NCBI GenBank assembly: GCA_919902675.1 | Contig: CAKKRH010000001.1 | Location: 128,003 to 192,002, forward strand | Length of the DNA: 64,000 bases | Source: Omnitrophica bacterium GWA2_41_15 | GTDB taxonomy: Bacteria; Omnitrophota; Gorgyraeia; Gygaellales; UBA12090 | Direction: 5' to 3' | Shown here: piece after piece, positions 45,512 through 54,018 of the stretch | Position numbering within the stretch: position 1 is the stretch's first letter | Layout of the letters: each line of letters starts with the position of its first letter | Program-made: the position numbers and the translations under genes | Notes under the pieces: generated by a model | What the model saw: the letters and a program-made list of their open reading frames with translations, nothing else | Told to the model about the DNA's origin: nothing | Database searches by the model: none

Positions 45512-45696
45512 TAATGGCATTCGCCGCCAAAGAAGGGCGCATCTTCGTCAGAAAAAAGCGCTTACATACTAAAAGTATGCGCGCACTTTTTTCTGCCAAA
45601 TCTGCATCCTTCTTTGGCGTCTCGGTGCCGCATTCCTATTGCAAAATCCGGGTTAAATAGTGATTTAACCCATTGATAATCAGAGAGTTATAAAAT

Positions 45697-45723
45697 CCCG
45701 CCTTAAAAATAGCGGGTTTTTTG
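45697..45723 (+). terminator. Short rho-independent terminator
   Basis: CCCGC (45697-45701) pairs with GCGGG (45712-45716), followed by TTTTTTG. Confidence 0.45.
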
Positions 45724-45763
45724 TTTTGACAGGCCTTCCTAAATGTGTTAAACTTATAAGATT

Positions 45764-46267
45764 ATGCGAAATATATACTTAACCGGCTTTATGGGCACGG
45801 GTAAGACTTCAGTTGGCCGCGAAATAGCCCTTAACCTGGGCTTAAAGTTCATAGATTTAGATGAGCTGATTGTTAAAAAAGAAGGCCGCAGTATCAATGA
45901 TGTTTTTAATTCATCCGGCGAGCCGTATTTTCGTAAGGTTGAAAAAGAGACTTTAACGGAGGTTTCAAGAGGTATTGGACAGGTTGTTTCCTGCGGCGGA
46001 GGGATAGTAATTGACCCGGAAAATATTGCCATTATGAAGCAAAGTGGAAGATTTATCGCTCTTTTCGCCCGGCCGGAAGTTATTTTTGAGCGGGTCAAGA
46101 AGGAGACACATCGTCCGCTTTTAAATACCGCGGACCCTTTAGCCAGGATAAAAGAACTGCTTGCTATCCGCAAGCCCTATTATGATCAGGCCGAGTTTTT
46201 GATAGATACCTCGGATATGTCTGTCCAAGAGGCGGCAGAGAGGGTAATCAAGCTGATAAATGACTGA
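45764..46267 (+). CDS. aroK: Shikimate kinase
   Basis: IYLTGFMGTGKTSVGR Walker A, DLDELI and SCGGGIV motifs. Confidence 0.9.
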   Translation: MRNIYLTGFMGTGKTSVGREIALNLGLKFIDLDELIVKKEGRSINDVFNSSGEPYFRKVEKETLTEVSRGIGQVVSCGGGIVIDPENIAIMKQSGRFIALFARPEVIFERVKKETHRPLLNTADPLARIKELLAIRKPYYDQAEFLIDTSDMSVQEAAERVIKLIND

Positions 46268-47114
46268 AAGAGAAGCGCTGATAGCTTTGAATTTAATTCC
46301 GGATATCGGAAGTGTCCGCTTAAAGAATCTGCGGGAGGCCTTTGGCAGCGCGCCCAAGATATTTCTTAATTCCAAGGATTCGCTTAAAAGGGTGGATAAG
46401 ATCGGGGATAAAATTGCCTCTGCTATTGCCGGGTTTTCCTTTGAGAGCCTGAAAAAAGAATTAGAATTAGCCCAGAAGTTAAAGATTCAGGTGATGACCT
46501 TGCAGGATAAAGATTATCCGCAAAGCCTCAAGGAAATTTATGATCCTCCTCTATGCCTTTATGTTAAAGGCGCTTTATTGCCTTCGGATATAGTGTCTTT
46601 GGCGATTGTCGGCAGCCGCCGGGCTTCTTATTATGGATTGTCCTGCGCGCAAAATTTTGCTTATTCTTTAGCCGGAGCCGGAATTACCATTGTTTCCGGC
46701 CTGGCCCGGGGTATTGATACCCAGGCGCATAAAGGGGTCTTAAAAGCCAAGGGCAGGACAATAGCGGTTTTAGGCAGCGGCTTGAACCGCGTATATCCGG
46801 CGGAGAATAAAGATTTGGCCGAGAAAATAGCCGAGCGAGGGGCGGTGGTTTCAGAATTTCCTTTAAACACCGAACCGCTGGCCAGGAATTTTCCCCGGCG
46901 TAACCGGCTCATCAGCGGCCTGTCTTTGGGGACGATAGTGGTTGAAGCCGCCAAAAACAGCGGTGCCCTGATTACCGCGGATTTTGCCCTGGAACAAGAC
47001 AGGGAAGTGCAATTTATACAGCAGGAACTCTGCGAGAAGATAATGAGATCAGGCACCTCATCATTAGAATACCTGCAGATTCTAAAAGGGAAGTTGGAGT
47101 TGGTAGCAATGTAA
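46260..47114 (+). CDS. dprA: DNA processing protein DprA with an atypical/short C-terminus
   Basis: Rossmann core GLARGIDTQAHKG, TIAVLGSGLNRVYPAEN, FPRRNRLISGLS and VVEAAKNSGALITADFALEQDREV. Sequence after ~47008 no longer matches the usual FAVPG... continuation. Confidence 0.8.
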   Translation: MTEREALIALNLIPDIGSVRLKNLREAFGSAPKIFLNSKDSLKRVDKIGDKIASAIAGFSFESLKKELELAQKLKIQVMTLQDKDYPQSLKEIYDPPLCLYVKGALLPSDIVSLAIVGSRRASYYGLSCAQNFAYSLAGAGITIVSGLARGIDTQAHKGVLKAKGRTIAVLGSGLNRVYPAENKDLAEKIAERGAVVSEFPLNTEPLARNFPRRNRLISGLSLGTIVVEAAKNSGALITADFALEQDREVQFIQQELCEKIMRSGTSSLEYLQILKGKLELVAM

Positions 47115-47146
47115 AAGATAGTTCAATTAAGTTTATAAGATAGTTT

Positions 47147-47180
47147 AACTCCTATTCAAAAGATAGGAGTTTTTGTTTTT
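47147..47180 (+). terminator. Rho-independent terminator after dprA
   Basis: AACTCCTAT (47147-47155) pairs with ATAGGAGTT (47163-47171), followed by TTTGTTTTT. Confidence 0.8.
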
Positions 47181-47199
47181 AAGGAGGTGGTTATAGAAA

Positions 47200-48570
47200 A
47201 TGATCCCTTCAGGCATATCTCCCACAGAAGCGGCATTTGAGGTTGTTGGCTTGGTTAATGCAAAGTCAATAATAGATTTTTTGTTTTTTGAGACCAAAAT
47301 AGGCTTAGCAGTCTTTCTTATTGGAATGTTAACCGCTTTATGGAGATCGGTCAAGGAAACAGACTTCTCAGTTTTATGGAGTTACTTGATGATGTTTTGT
47401 ATTCTTTTATTTATCTTTATTAAGCCTATGGCCGGTCTTGAGAATGCTACTTCTACCATGGAAGCAGCCGGCTGGAAAGGCACCACAACCCAGGAAGCCC
47501 TAAAAGAAGTCTTTATTGATTCTGGCAAAGCTCGGGCTAGCTCTTTAGGGCTTGTTTTAATCAGTCAGGGTTACAATGCCATTATCTATGGCACGGTAAG
47601 CGCTATTACTAAGGTTACTCAGCAGAAAGATTTCAACTATCTTAACAACCCTTTTATCGTAAATAAGGTATCTTTATATTTACAGCATTTTAGCAGTGAA
47701 GGCATTAAAAAGGATAACGCCTTAAAGAAGGATCTCGAGGACTTCCTTAGAAACGACTATCCGCAGACCTTGGGACGAATGGTTAACAACGGCAAGACTC
47801 AAGCAAGCATAACCAAGAAATGGTGGCCAGGGGATGAAGAGATCATAATGAACTATGATTTAAATCAGAGAAAGCGTTGGGAAGCTCTGGATTTAAAACT
47901 AACTGACTATATCAAAACAGAGATAGGCAAATTAGGCGCTAAAGGCCCATTTACCGACCTCTTCATAGATTACAAGGCAATAAAGATAAAGCTGCTTGCC
48001 GTACACACTGAAAAGGCAGCTACAGACATAGCATCTAATATGACCGGCTACGGCCTAGAACCTAAGGCTGTCAGCTTGAGCTGGATGATGAGGCAGCCTG
48101 CCAGCTGGCTGGCCTTTGCCTCATCATTTGTAGGGCAGTTCTTTTCAACCACGCTGTCTGAGTTTATGATTAAGGCTCTGCCGTACTTACAGGGCTACGC
48201 GGTGATGATTATCTACAGCTTATTTCCATTTACTTTGTTGCTGTGCCTTTTATTTGGAACCTTCAGTATTTTAAAGGAGTATTTTATCTATCTCTTTTGG
48301 GTGAAATCCTGGGTCATTGTTTGGGCTCTTATTCATTACGCGGCTATCTATATGTCAACCTTGCAGACAAGGCTGGGTTCCGAGCCCAGCTCCTGGTTCT
48401 TTGAGAAGCCCTATTTTAATACGGTTACCGGAGTGCTTTTGGTTATGTCTCCGGGGATAGCCTGGTTTATGACTAAAGGGGTATTATCCGGCATAGGAGA
48501 AGCAGCTACAGCCTTGACTCTTCATGCGGATAAAGGGACAGGAAAAGTAGGCTCTAAAATAGGAATTTAA
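47200..48570 (+). CDS. Polytopic T4SS inner-membrane protein (VirB6/TrbL or TraG N-terminal-domain-like)
   Basis: 456 aa with TM clusters at both ends and a soluble middle. First gene of the T4SS block. Family call is by architecture only. Confidence 0.4.
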   Translation: MIPSGISPTEAAFEVVGLVNAKSIIDFLFFETKIGLAVFLIGMLTALWRSVKETDFSVLWSYLMMFCILLFIFIKPMAGLENATSTMEAAGWKGTTTQEALKEVFIDSGKARASSLGLVLISQGYNAIIYGTVSAITKVTQQKDFNYLNNPFIVNKVSLYLQHFSSEGIKKDNALKKDLEDFLRNDYPQTLGRMVNNGKTQASITKKWWPGDEEIIMNYDLNQRKRWEALDLKLTDYIKTEIGKLGAKGPFTDLFIDYKAIKIKLLAVHTEKAATDIASNMTGYGLEPKAVSLSWMMRQPASWLAFASSFVGQFFSTTLSEFMIKALPYLQGYAVMIIYSLFPFTLLLCLLFGTFSILKEYFIYLFWVKSWVIVWALIHYAAIYMSTLQTRLGSEPSSWFFEKPYFNTVTGVLLVMSPGIAWFMTKGVLSGIGEAATALTLHADKGTGKVGSKIGI

Positions 48571-48574
48571 TAGT

Positions 48575-48910
48575 ATGGAAAACTTTGGGATGACCATTAG
48601 AAAAAGCCGCGAAGAGCTTGCCTTGAAAGCATACGAACTCGCCAGGGAAGTTGGCATTAACCCTGTATATATAACCCAGATTGAGAAACATGGTAAATTG
48701 CCTTCTCCTATTGTCATGAAAAGAATCAGTGAGGTGTTATGTGATGAACAGCTCTTTGGTATGTATCTTAAGATGAAATATCCTGTGGTTTACGGTAAGG
48801 CCAGCAATAGAGAAATCGGCTCTGTATTTAATATAACCAACGAGGTCTTAATGGAGGAGCTAGGGAAGATAAGGAACATATTAGAAAGAATCGAGAAGAG
48901 GATAAATTAA
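48575..48910 (+). CDS. XRE-family HTH regulator
   Basis: IRKSREELALKAYELAREVGINPVYITQIEKHGKLPS helix-turn-helix. Confidence 0.7.
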   Translation: MENFGMTIRKSREELALKAYELAREVGINPVYITQIEKHGKLPSPIVMKRISEVLCDEQLFGMYLKMKYPVVYGKASNREIGSVFNITNEVLMEELGKIRNILERIEKRIN

Positions 48911-49032
48911 TGCGCAATTTAATTTCTAAAAAATTCACCGTTACCTGTGACTTACCTAATTTGAATTGCGTGAATCATCTTGAGAATAATTTTTTAAGTA
49001 TGTTCTTTACCCCCAAGCACTTAAAGCTATTC

Positions 49033-49091
49033 GCGTGCGGCGAGCCTAATAGGCGCTTTCGTCAACAACCCTGACGAAGGCTACCGCACGC
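49033..49091 (+). promoter_or_regulatory. Nested inverted repeat, candidate oriT/nic-region hairpin
   Basis: GCGTGCGG (49033-49040) pairs with CCGCACGC (49084-49091). It encloses TTCGTCA-ACAACCC-TGACGAA. 80 nt upstream of the replication-relaxation gene. Confidence 0.35.
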
Positions 49092-49170
49092 TCGTTCCAA
49101 TCAAAATCACCCAAACCCAACCCCTAACCAAAAACCCACAAGGGCAGGGCGGGGCAAGAAAGGCAAAATC

Positions 49171-49944
49171 ATGAAAAGAGGAAGATTAACCCAGGAAGAA
49201 CAGACACGCAGAATTAAGTCAGTGCTAATTTTTATCTATACTTTCCGATACGCTACACGAAAGCAATTGGAAATGTTTATTCAGGTAGTAATGAATTTAT
49301 CCTATACGCGTTGGCTTATAGATTATTCCCTTAGAGAGGGTTTTATCAGCGCTTACTATGAGCCTTTATTTAAGACAAAAATCTACTATTTGACCTATAA
49401 AGGCAAGGAAATGATTTGCGATCAAGCCATGGTTGAGCATTACCATTTTGAGAAGAGCCATGCCGGGTTAAATACCTTTATTCATCACAATAATATGATA
49501 GAGACTTTTATTATCCTTAAAAGCCACCTGAATATTAAAGAATGGGTGTGCGAGTGGGACCTAAGGAAAGGTAAAAGAGCCGGAGAAAAAATCCCTGATG
49601 GTTTAATAATGTTTACGGATGGAATGAACGTAGCTTTAGAAGTAGAAACCCGGTATAAAAAGCTGGGCATTTTAAGGAACCTCGTTAAAAGATACCGCTA
49701 CGATATCGAAAAGATTTCCCGGTATCACTGCGTTTTGGTAGTTGCTTCGAGCAGGTTTAATTATGACGGCTTAAAGACTAGGCTCTATAATCTTGCCCCG
49801 GAATTTTGCTCAAAAGCTCTTATTCTGTCTGATTTGGGGATGCTTGAGCTGGGGATGTGTTTTTACCAGAATAAATTAATCCACCTGGAAGAAGCAATCG
49901 GATTATTAAAAGTAGGAGGACAAGTCCATGGACAAGCCATTTAG
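49171..49944 (+). CDS. Replication-relaxation family protein
   Basis: N-terminal winged-helix-like region and IPDGLIMFTDGMNVALEVETRYKK block, resembling the Replic_Relax family (from memory). Confidence 0.5.
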   Translation: MKRGRLTQEEQTRRIKSVLIFIYTFRYATRKQLEMFIQVVMNLSYTRWLIDYSLREGFISAYYEPLFKTKIYYLTYKGKEMICDQAMVEHYHFEKSHAGLNTFIHHNNMIETFIILKSHLNIKEWVCEWDLRKGKRAGEKIPDGLIMFTDGMNVALEVETRYKKLGILRNLVKRYRYDIEKISRYHCVLVVASSRFNYDGLKTRLYNLAPEFCSKALILSDLGMLELGMCFYQNKLIHLEEAIGLLKVGGQVHGQAI

Positions 49945-52192
49945 CTTAAAAGGACTGTTTATAAAGATACTGCTGCTTATTCCGCTTATCTATATCGGTT
50001 TTGGCTGGTATGTCGGCCTAAGCTACGGCAGAAAGGCCGCCTTGTTTGGCCCCTATAAAGATATTCCTGTGATGATGAAAACTCATCTCTTGGGCTCATC
50101 TCTTAGTGAGATTTCCGGCAGTAATACGCTTGTGATGGTTGTGCCGCCAGGAGAGGCTGATAAATCTGAACTAGACTCAACCTATTTTAAGCTAACCGGC
50201 TATTTTGAGGTCCCCGGAACTTGGAACTTTGATTTTACGCCTTCTGATGCTGATGATAGCTTTAAAGAGACATTTGTTTTAACCGGAAGCTATTCCCGCG
50301 CCATAGCCCATGAGCTTAAGAACCCTAACCGTAGCTTGGGAAGCCTGTCAGTAAGAGAGCTTAATCATTTCCTTAAGGCAACCGGCAGGATCAAAGACAT
50401 GGAAAAGTTAAGGCCCTATCTTTTTCTGGCAAGGATGGAAGAGAAGTATCCTTGGCTGTACTCTGATACTGTGCTTTTATCCAGGGCAATGGGAAATATC
50501 TTTAAAGATAATATGCTTCCTTATGACATATTAGGGTTAGTAGGTATAGTAATCTTCTTTATCGGATTAGCGACCAGAGGCTTTTGGCTGTGGGGATATT
50601 ACCTATTTTGGGTATTTGCTTATTGGCTGGGCAGGATTGGATACCACGATATAAATCTAGCCTTTACTAATAACGGTTACCAGATAATCCTTTGGAGCTT
50701 CTGGAACGGTTTTATAGTCAAAGAGGGCAGACTGTTTTTGCTGATTGCCGCGGGATTATATCTTATCAGTTTTGTGGCCTTGGCTGTTGTGTACGTATTC
50801 AAACATATCTTGCCGCGCAAAAAGCGGGAGCTTGAGGATTTCTTCAAAATCGACAAAGACGCTTTAAAAAGAAAAGAACTCTCCATTGAGACTGTTGAGT
50901 TTAAAAGAGTACACTATGACATCAATAAAAAGTTAAATCAATACGCGAAAACAGACAAGTATTTTTTGGCTGTCTCAGATAATAAACAAGATGTTGTCGT
51001 TGAGGAAAGCGCGCTTAACCGCCATCTGCACGTATTAGGCCCGACCGGAGGCGGAAAGACTTCTTTAGTGATACTTCCTTTAAGCAGACAGGCGATAGAA
51101 AAAGGAAGGGGCTGCTGCTTTATTGACTTTAAGGGCGATGATGTTTTTAAGAAGTATGTTCAGCGGAAGGCGAAAGAAAAAGGCAGGAGGTTCTATTATT
51201 TCAGCATTGACCCTAATGAGCCGTCGGCAGGATATAATCCGCTGTCTTCCGGCGATATCCATTCCAAGGTAGACAGGATTATGACCGCGCTGGAACTGAT
51301 TTATCATGGCCCGGCAGGTTTTTACTCTAACGTGCAGGCGATGACTTTTGTTGAATTATTAAAAGAAATGGTTCAGGGAAAGAAAGAGATAAATTTCCTT
51401 TCAGTTAAGGACGCTTTGGAGGATCCTATCTTCTTAGAGAGAACGGATGTGCGCGCCCAGGACGTTAAGGGCCTTTTGGCGGCAATTTCCTGGATCGCGG
51501 GAATTGAGGTAATAAACAGGGATGGGTTAGATTTAGCTAAAGTGATCAAGAACGGGGATGTGGTATTCTTTGCTCTGAAAAGTCAGGTGAATACGCGCTT
51601 AGCTGAGGCAATTGGAAAAATGCTTATCATTGATATTAAGTCTCAGGCTGTATCACGCCAGGAAACCGATCCGCCATACTTTATCTTCATTGATGAATTC
51701 CAGAATTTAGCCTGCTCGCATTTTGTAGATGTAATCTCTAAGGTAAGGAGCGCTAATTTTTGTCTGGTTTTGTCTAATCAGTCGCGGGGAAACTTATCCA
51801 ACGTATCAGCCGCGTTTGAAAACGCCATTTTTACCAATTCCGCGACCAAGGTAATTTTTATGCAGGAGGACCCCTTTGACGCGAAATTCTGGTCAGATAA
51901 AACAGGGCAGACCACCTATCAGGATAAAAGCGTATTCCAGGTGGATAATATAACTACTGATAAAACAGGCGCGAAGCTTGACGGCCTAAGATCTGCCCAG
52001 GGCAATATCCGCACAGCTGTTAAAAACTACATCTCAGAGAATGTGTTTTTAAGGCTGCCCTTTTCTAAATCCGTTATTTTTTCCAGAGGCAAGCTTACAG
52101 TAATAGCTAATCATGAATTCTTGTTTGGTAAGGCAGAAAGGGATAAGATTATTTTAAGTCCGTTTGAATACGAGAGGAAGAAAGCTGCATAA
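49928..52192 (+). CDS. Type IV coupling protein (TraD/VirD4 family)
   Basis: N-terminal TM helices, Walker A LGPTGGGKTS, Walker B YFIFIDEFQNL. 754 aa. Confidence 0.8.
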   Translation: MDKPFSLKGLFIKILLLIPLIYIGFGWYVGLSYGRKAALFGPYKDIPVMMKTHLLGSSLSEISGSNTLVMVVPPGEADKSELDSTYFKLTGYFEVPGTWNFDFTPSDADDSFKETFVLTGSYSRAIAHELKNPNRSLGSLSVRELNHFLKATGRIKDMEKLRPYLFLARMEEKYPWLYSDTVLLSRAMGNIFKDNMLPYDILGLVGIVIFFIGLATRGFWLWGYYLFWVFAYWLGRIGYHDINLAFTNNGYQIILWSFWNGFIVKEGRLFLLIAAGLYLISFVALAVVYVFKHILPRKKRELEDFFKIDKDALKRKELSIETVEFKRVHYDINKKLNQYAKTDKYFLAVSDNKQDVVVEESALNRHLHVLGPTGGGKTSLVILPLSRQAIEKGRGCCFIDFKGDDVFKKYVQRKAKEKGRRFYYFSIDPNEPSAGYNPLSSGDIHSKVDRIMTALELIYHGPAGFYSNVQAMTFVELLKEMVQGKKEINFLSVKDALEDPIFLERTDVRAQDVKGLLAAISWIAGIEVINRDGLDLAKVIKNGDVVFFALKSQVNTRLAEAIGKMLIIDIKSQAVSRQETDPPYFIFIDEFQNLACSHFVDVISKVRSANFCLVLSNQSRGNLSNVSAAFENAIFTNSATKVIFMQEDPFDAKFWSDKTGQTTYQDKSVFQVDNITTDKTGAKLDGLRSAQGNIRTAVKNYISENVFLRLPFSKSVIFSRGKLTVIANHEFLFGKAERDKIILSPFEYERKKAA

Positions 52193-52212
52193 AATTAAAA
52201 GGAGGAAAAAAT

Positions 52213-52536
52213 ATGCGCAGAGATATTAAAAGGAAGAGATTTATGCTAAAGGCCTTTGTGGCCTTGTGTTTGGTTCTGGGACTTTCGATGGCGGTCGCGC
52301 CTTTTGTTTTCGCGCAAATAAGCACTACCCAAGAGCAGCAGGTAGTAGGAGACTTTGCTACTTTTATCATCAATATACTCACCGGGCCTGTATCAAAGAT
52401 CTTAGGGGCAATATTGCTGATTGGCGGAGTAATCGCGCTTTTAAACGGAAAACAGGAAGTAGCCATTGCCTGCGGTTTTGGGTTCCTGATCCTTATATTT
52501 GTACCGAAGATCTTGGAGGGATTGTTTAAACAATAA
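52213..52536 (+). CDS. T4SS pilin-like protein (TrbC/VirB2/TraA class)
   Basis: 107 aa with a long signal peptide ending FVFAQ, then two hydrophobic helices (GPVSKILGAILLIGGVIALL, IACGFGFLILIFVP). Confidence 0.65.
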   Translation: MRRDIKRKRFMLKAFVALCLVLGLSMAVAPFVFAQISTTQEQQVVGDFATFIINILTGPVSKILGAILLIGGVIALLNGKQEVAIACGFGFLILIFVPKILEGLFKQ

Positions 52537-52823
52537 TGAGAAAATGCCTGCGCACTATTGATAAACCTCTGCTTCTTTTTGGCCTGGAGCCTGAAGACGT
52601 AGGGATACTGGCTTTAGCCTGTGGCGCTATGTTGATTTTATTCGATACCTTTTACGCGGGCCTGGTTTTCTTTGGAGGCTGGATGTTTTTAAGGTTAATA
52701 AAACAAGGTAAGCCTCAGGGTTATGTTATCCATTTGTTTTATAAATACGGGATTCGTATAAAAGGGTTGATCGAACCTCCAAAAATAATCAGCAGGTATT
52801 CGGTTTTTAGGAGAGAGGATTAA
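52536..52823 (+). CDS. TraL/VirB3-like small T4SS membrane protein
   Basis: 95 aa. IDKPLLLFGLEPEDVGILAL followed by two TM helices. Sits immediately after the pilin gene. Confidence 0.55.
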   Translation: MRKCLRTIDKPLLLFGLEPEDVGILALACGAMLILFDTFYAGLVFFGGWMFLRLIKQGKPQGYVIHLFYKYGIRIKGLIEPPKIISRYSVFRRED

Positions 52824-52825
52824 AA

Positions 52826-53017
52826 ATGCAGATGCAAAACTTCACCATGCTGGAGCTTTTATTGGTAATTCTAATCTTTGCCTTTTACTTCTTGCCGACT
52901 TTGATCGCGTTCTTAAGGCAGCACAAAAATAAGCTGGCGATATTTTTATTAAACCTGCTTTTAGGCTGGACTGTCTTGGGGTGGGTGGTTTCGTTGGTCT
53001 GGTCGGTAATAAAGTAA
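52826..53017 (+). CDS. Superinfection-immunity (Imm_superinfect) family small membrane protein
   Basis: FLPTLIAFLRQHKNKLAIFLLNLLLGWTVLGWVVSLVWSV matches the family signature from memory. Confidence 0.7.
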   Translation: MQMQNFTMLELLLVILIFAFYFLPTLIAFLRQHKNKLAIFLLNLLLGWTVLGWVVSLVWSVIK

Positions 53018-53031
53018 ATCTTACGTCTGTA

Positions 53032-53086
53032 TACAGAGAGTTTTTCTGTCGCATCATATTTCTGGGCCGCCTGAGAGAGAATACCC
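53032..53086 (+). repeat. Direct repeat A flanking the AT-rich cassette
   Basis: TACAGAGAGTTTTTCTGTCGCATCATATTTCTGGGCCGCCTGAGAGAGAATACCC. Similar copy at 57362-57416. Confidence 0.85.
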
Positions 53087-53193
53087 ATAGAAACACATTG
53101 ACAAATTCAATAGTTATGATAAATTAATGCTGTAAGAAGATTATAATCGTCCCGAGTTGGAAGGGATAAATCCTGGACGTTAAAAAAGCAAAA

Positions 53194-53228
53194 CCTTCGT
53201 AGACATAAATCTGCGGAGGTTTTTTTTC
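53194..53228 (+). terminator. Rho-independent terminator
   Basis: CCTTCGTA (53194-53201) pairs with TGCGGAGG (53212-53219), two G-U pairs, followed by T8. Confidence 0.65.
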
Positions 53229-53286
53229 TTCAGAAAGTAGTAAGATATGGATTTAGGAGGAATGTATGTAGTTATGGGGGGATTAT

Positions 53287-53970
53287 ATGCGCGCAAAAGA
53301 GATTTATTTTGGGCTGTTAAAAAGATGGGAAAGTGAATGTAGTGACGGACCTTGGTTAGAGTCTCTAAAAAAGCAATACAATATAGGTACTAACGAATGG
53401 ACAGGAGATAGGTTCTTCTTAATAACGATTTCATGGGGGCCGTGGAGACCAGAAAGGCAGATGGATGTTTGGATATTAATGAAAAATAAATATCCAAAAG
53501 TAGTAGAGGATTTACGCGAAGCAAGAGAAGATTTCAAAGGTTTTCCATTGCCTTGGCAGAACGCAAGAATAATGGCTGCTTCGCGATATTTAAGAAACAA
53601 TTCGAAAGCGCTTAAGGATGTAATTTCCGAGTTGCGTCCACTTCCAGGACTAGAAGCTATTAATTATCTCGCTGATATCTGTGAAGTTAAACAAAATAAA
53701 AAGACAATAAGCTGTTTTATAAGAGATTTTTTACTCAAAGACACTTTTCCTATTGATACGAGAGTAGCTGCAATGCTTTCGTGTTTAGAATTGCCAAAAA
53801 CGGAAGAAGAAGTTGTCGAGGTATGCAAAAAAGAAGGAATTAGCTCAAGGGTATTAGATAGAATGTTTTATTCCCAATGGGATGAGTGTCCGGGTAAATT
53901 AAAAGAGAAATATAAATGCGAAAAATGTGGCATTGAAAGATATTGTCGAGATTCTTTTCTTAAAAAGTAG
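53287..53970 (+). CDS. HhH-GPD superfamily DNA glycosylase-like protein with a C-terminal Cys4 motif
   Basis: LPGLEAINYL...NKKTISCFIRDFLLKDTFPIDTRVAAML resembles the HhH plus catalytic Asp region of Ogg2/EndoIII-type enzymes. C-x9-C-x2-C-x5-C (CPGKLKEKYKCEKCGIERYC) resembles an Fe-S cluster loop. Confidence 0.45.
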   Translation: MRAKEIYFGLLKRWESECSDGPWLESLKKQYNIGTNEWTGDRFFLITISWGPWRPERQMDVWILMKNKYPKVVEDLREAREDFKGFPLPWQNARIMAASRYLRNNSKALKDVISELRPLPGLEAINYLADICEVKQNKKTISCFIRDFLLKDTFPIDTRVAAMLSCLELPKTEEEVVEVCKKEGISSRVLDRMFYSQWDECPGKLKEKYKCEKCGIERYCRDSFLKK

Positions 53971-54018
53971 GACCTTCATAGGAACGGGTTCTGTGAAGGT
54001 TATGTGCTTTAGACAACT

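Noticed and set aside
45754-46173. 139-aa minus-strand ORF opposite aroK (and 46661-47056 opposite dprA)
   Set aside because: The + strand ORFs carry the shikimate kinase Walker A and DprA Rossmann motifs, so the antisense ORFs are spurious.
49105-49140. C/A-rich tract (CCAAACCCAACCCCTAACCAAAAACCCACA) considered as a heptamer array
   Set aside because: Spacing of the ACC blocks is 6, 6 and 7 nt rather than a consistent 7-nt period, so I did not count it among the heptamer loci.
52266-52529. 87-aa alternative-frame + strand ORF overlapping the pilin gene
   Set aside because: The 52213 frame gives a signal peptide plus two TM helices typical of T4SS pilins. The alternative frame is Arg/Gly-rich with no features.
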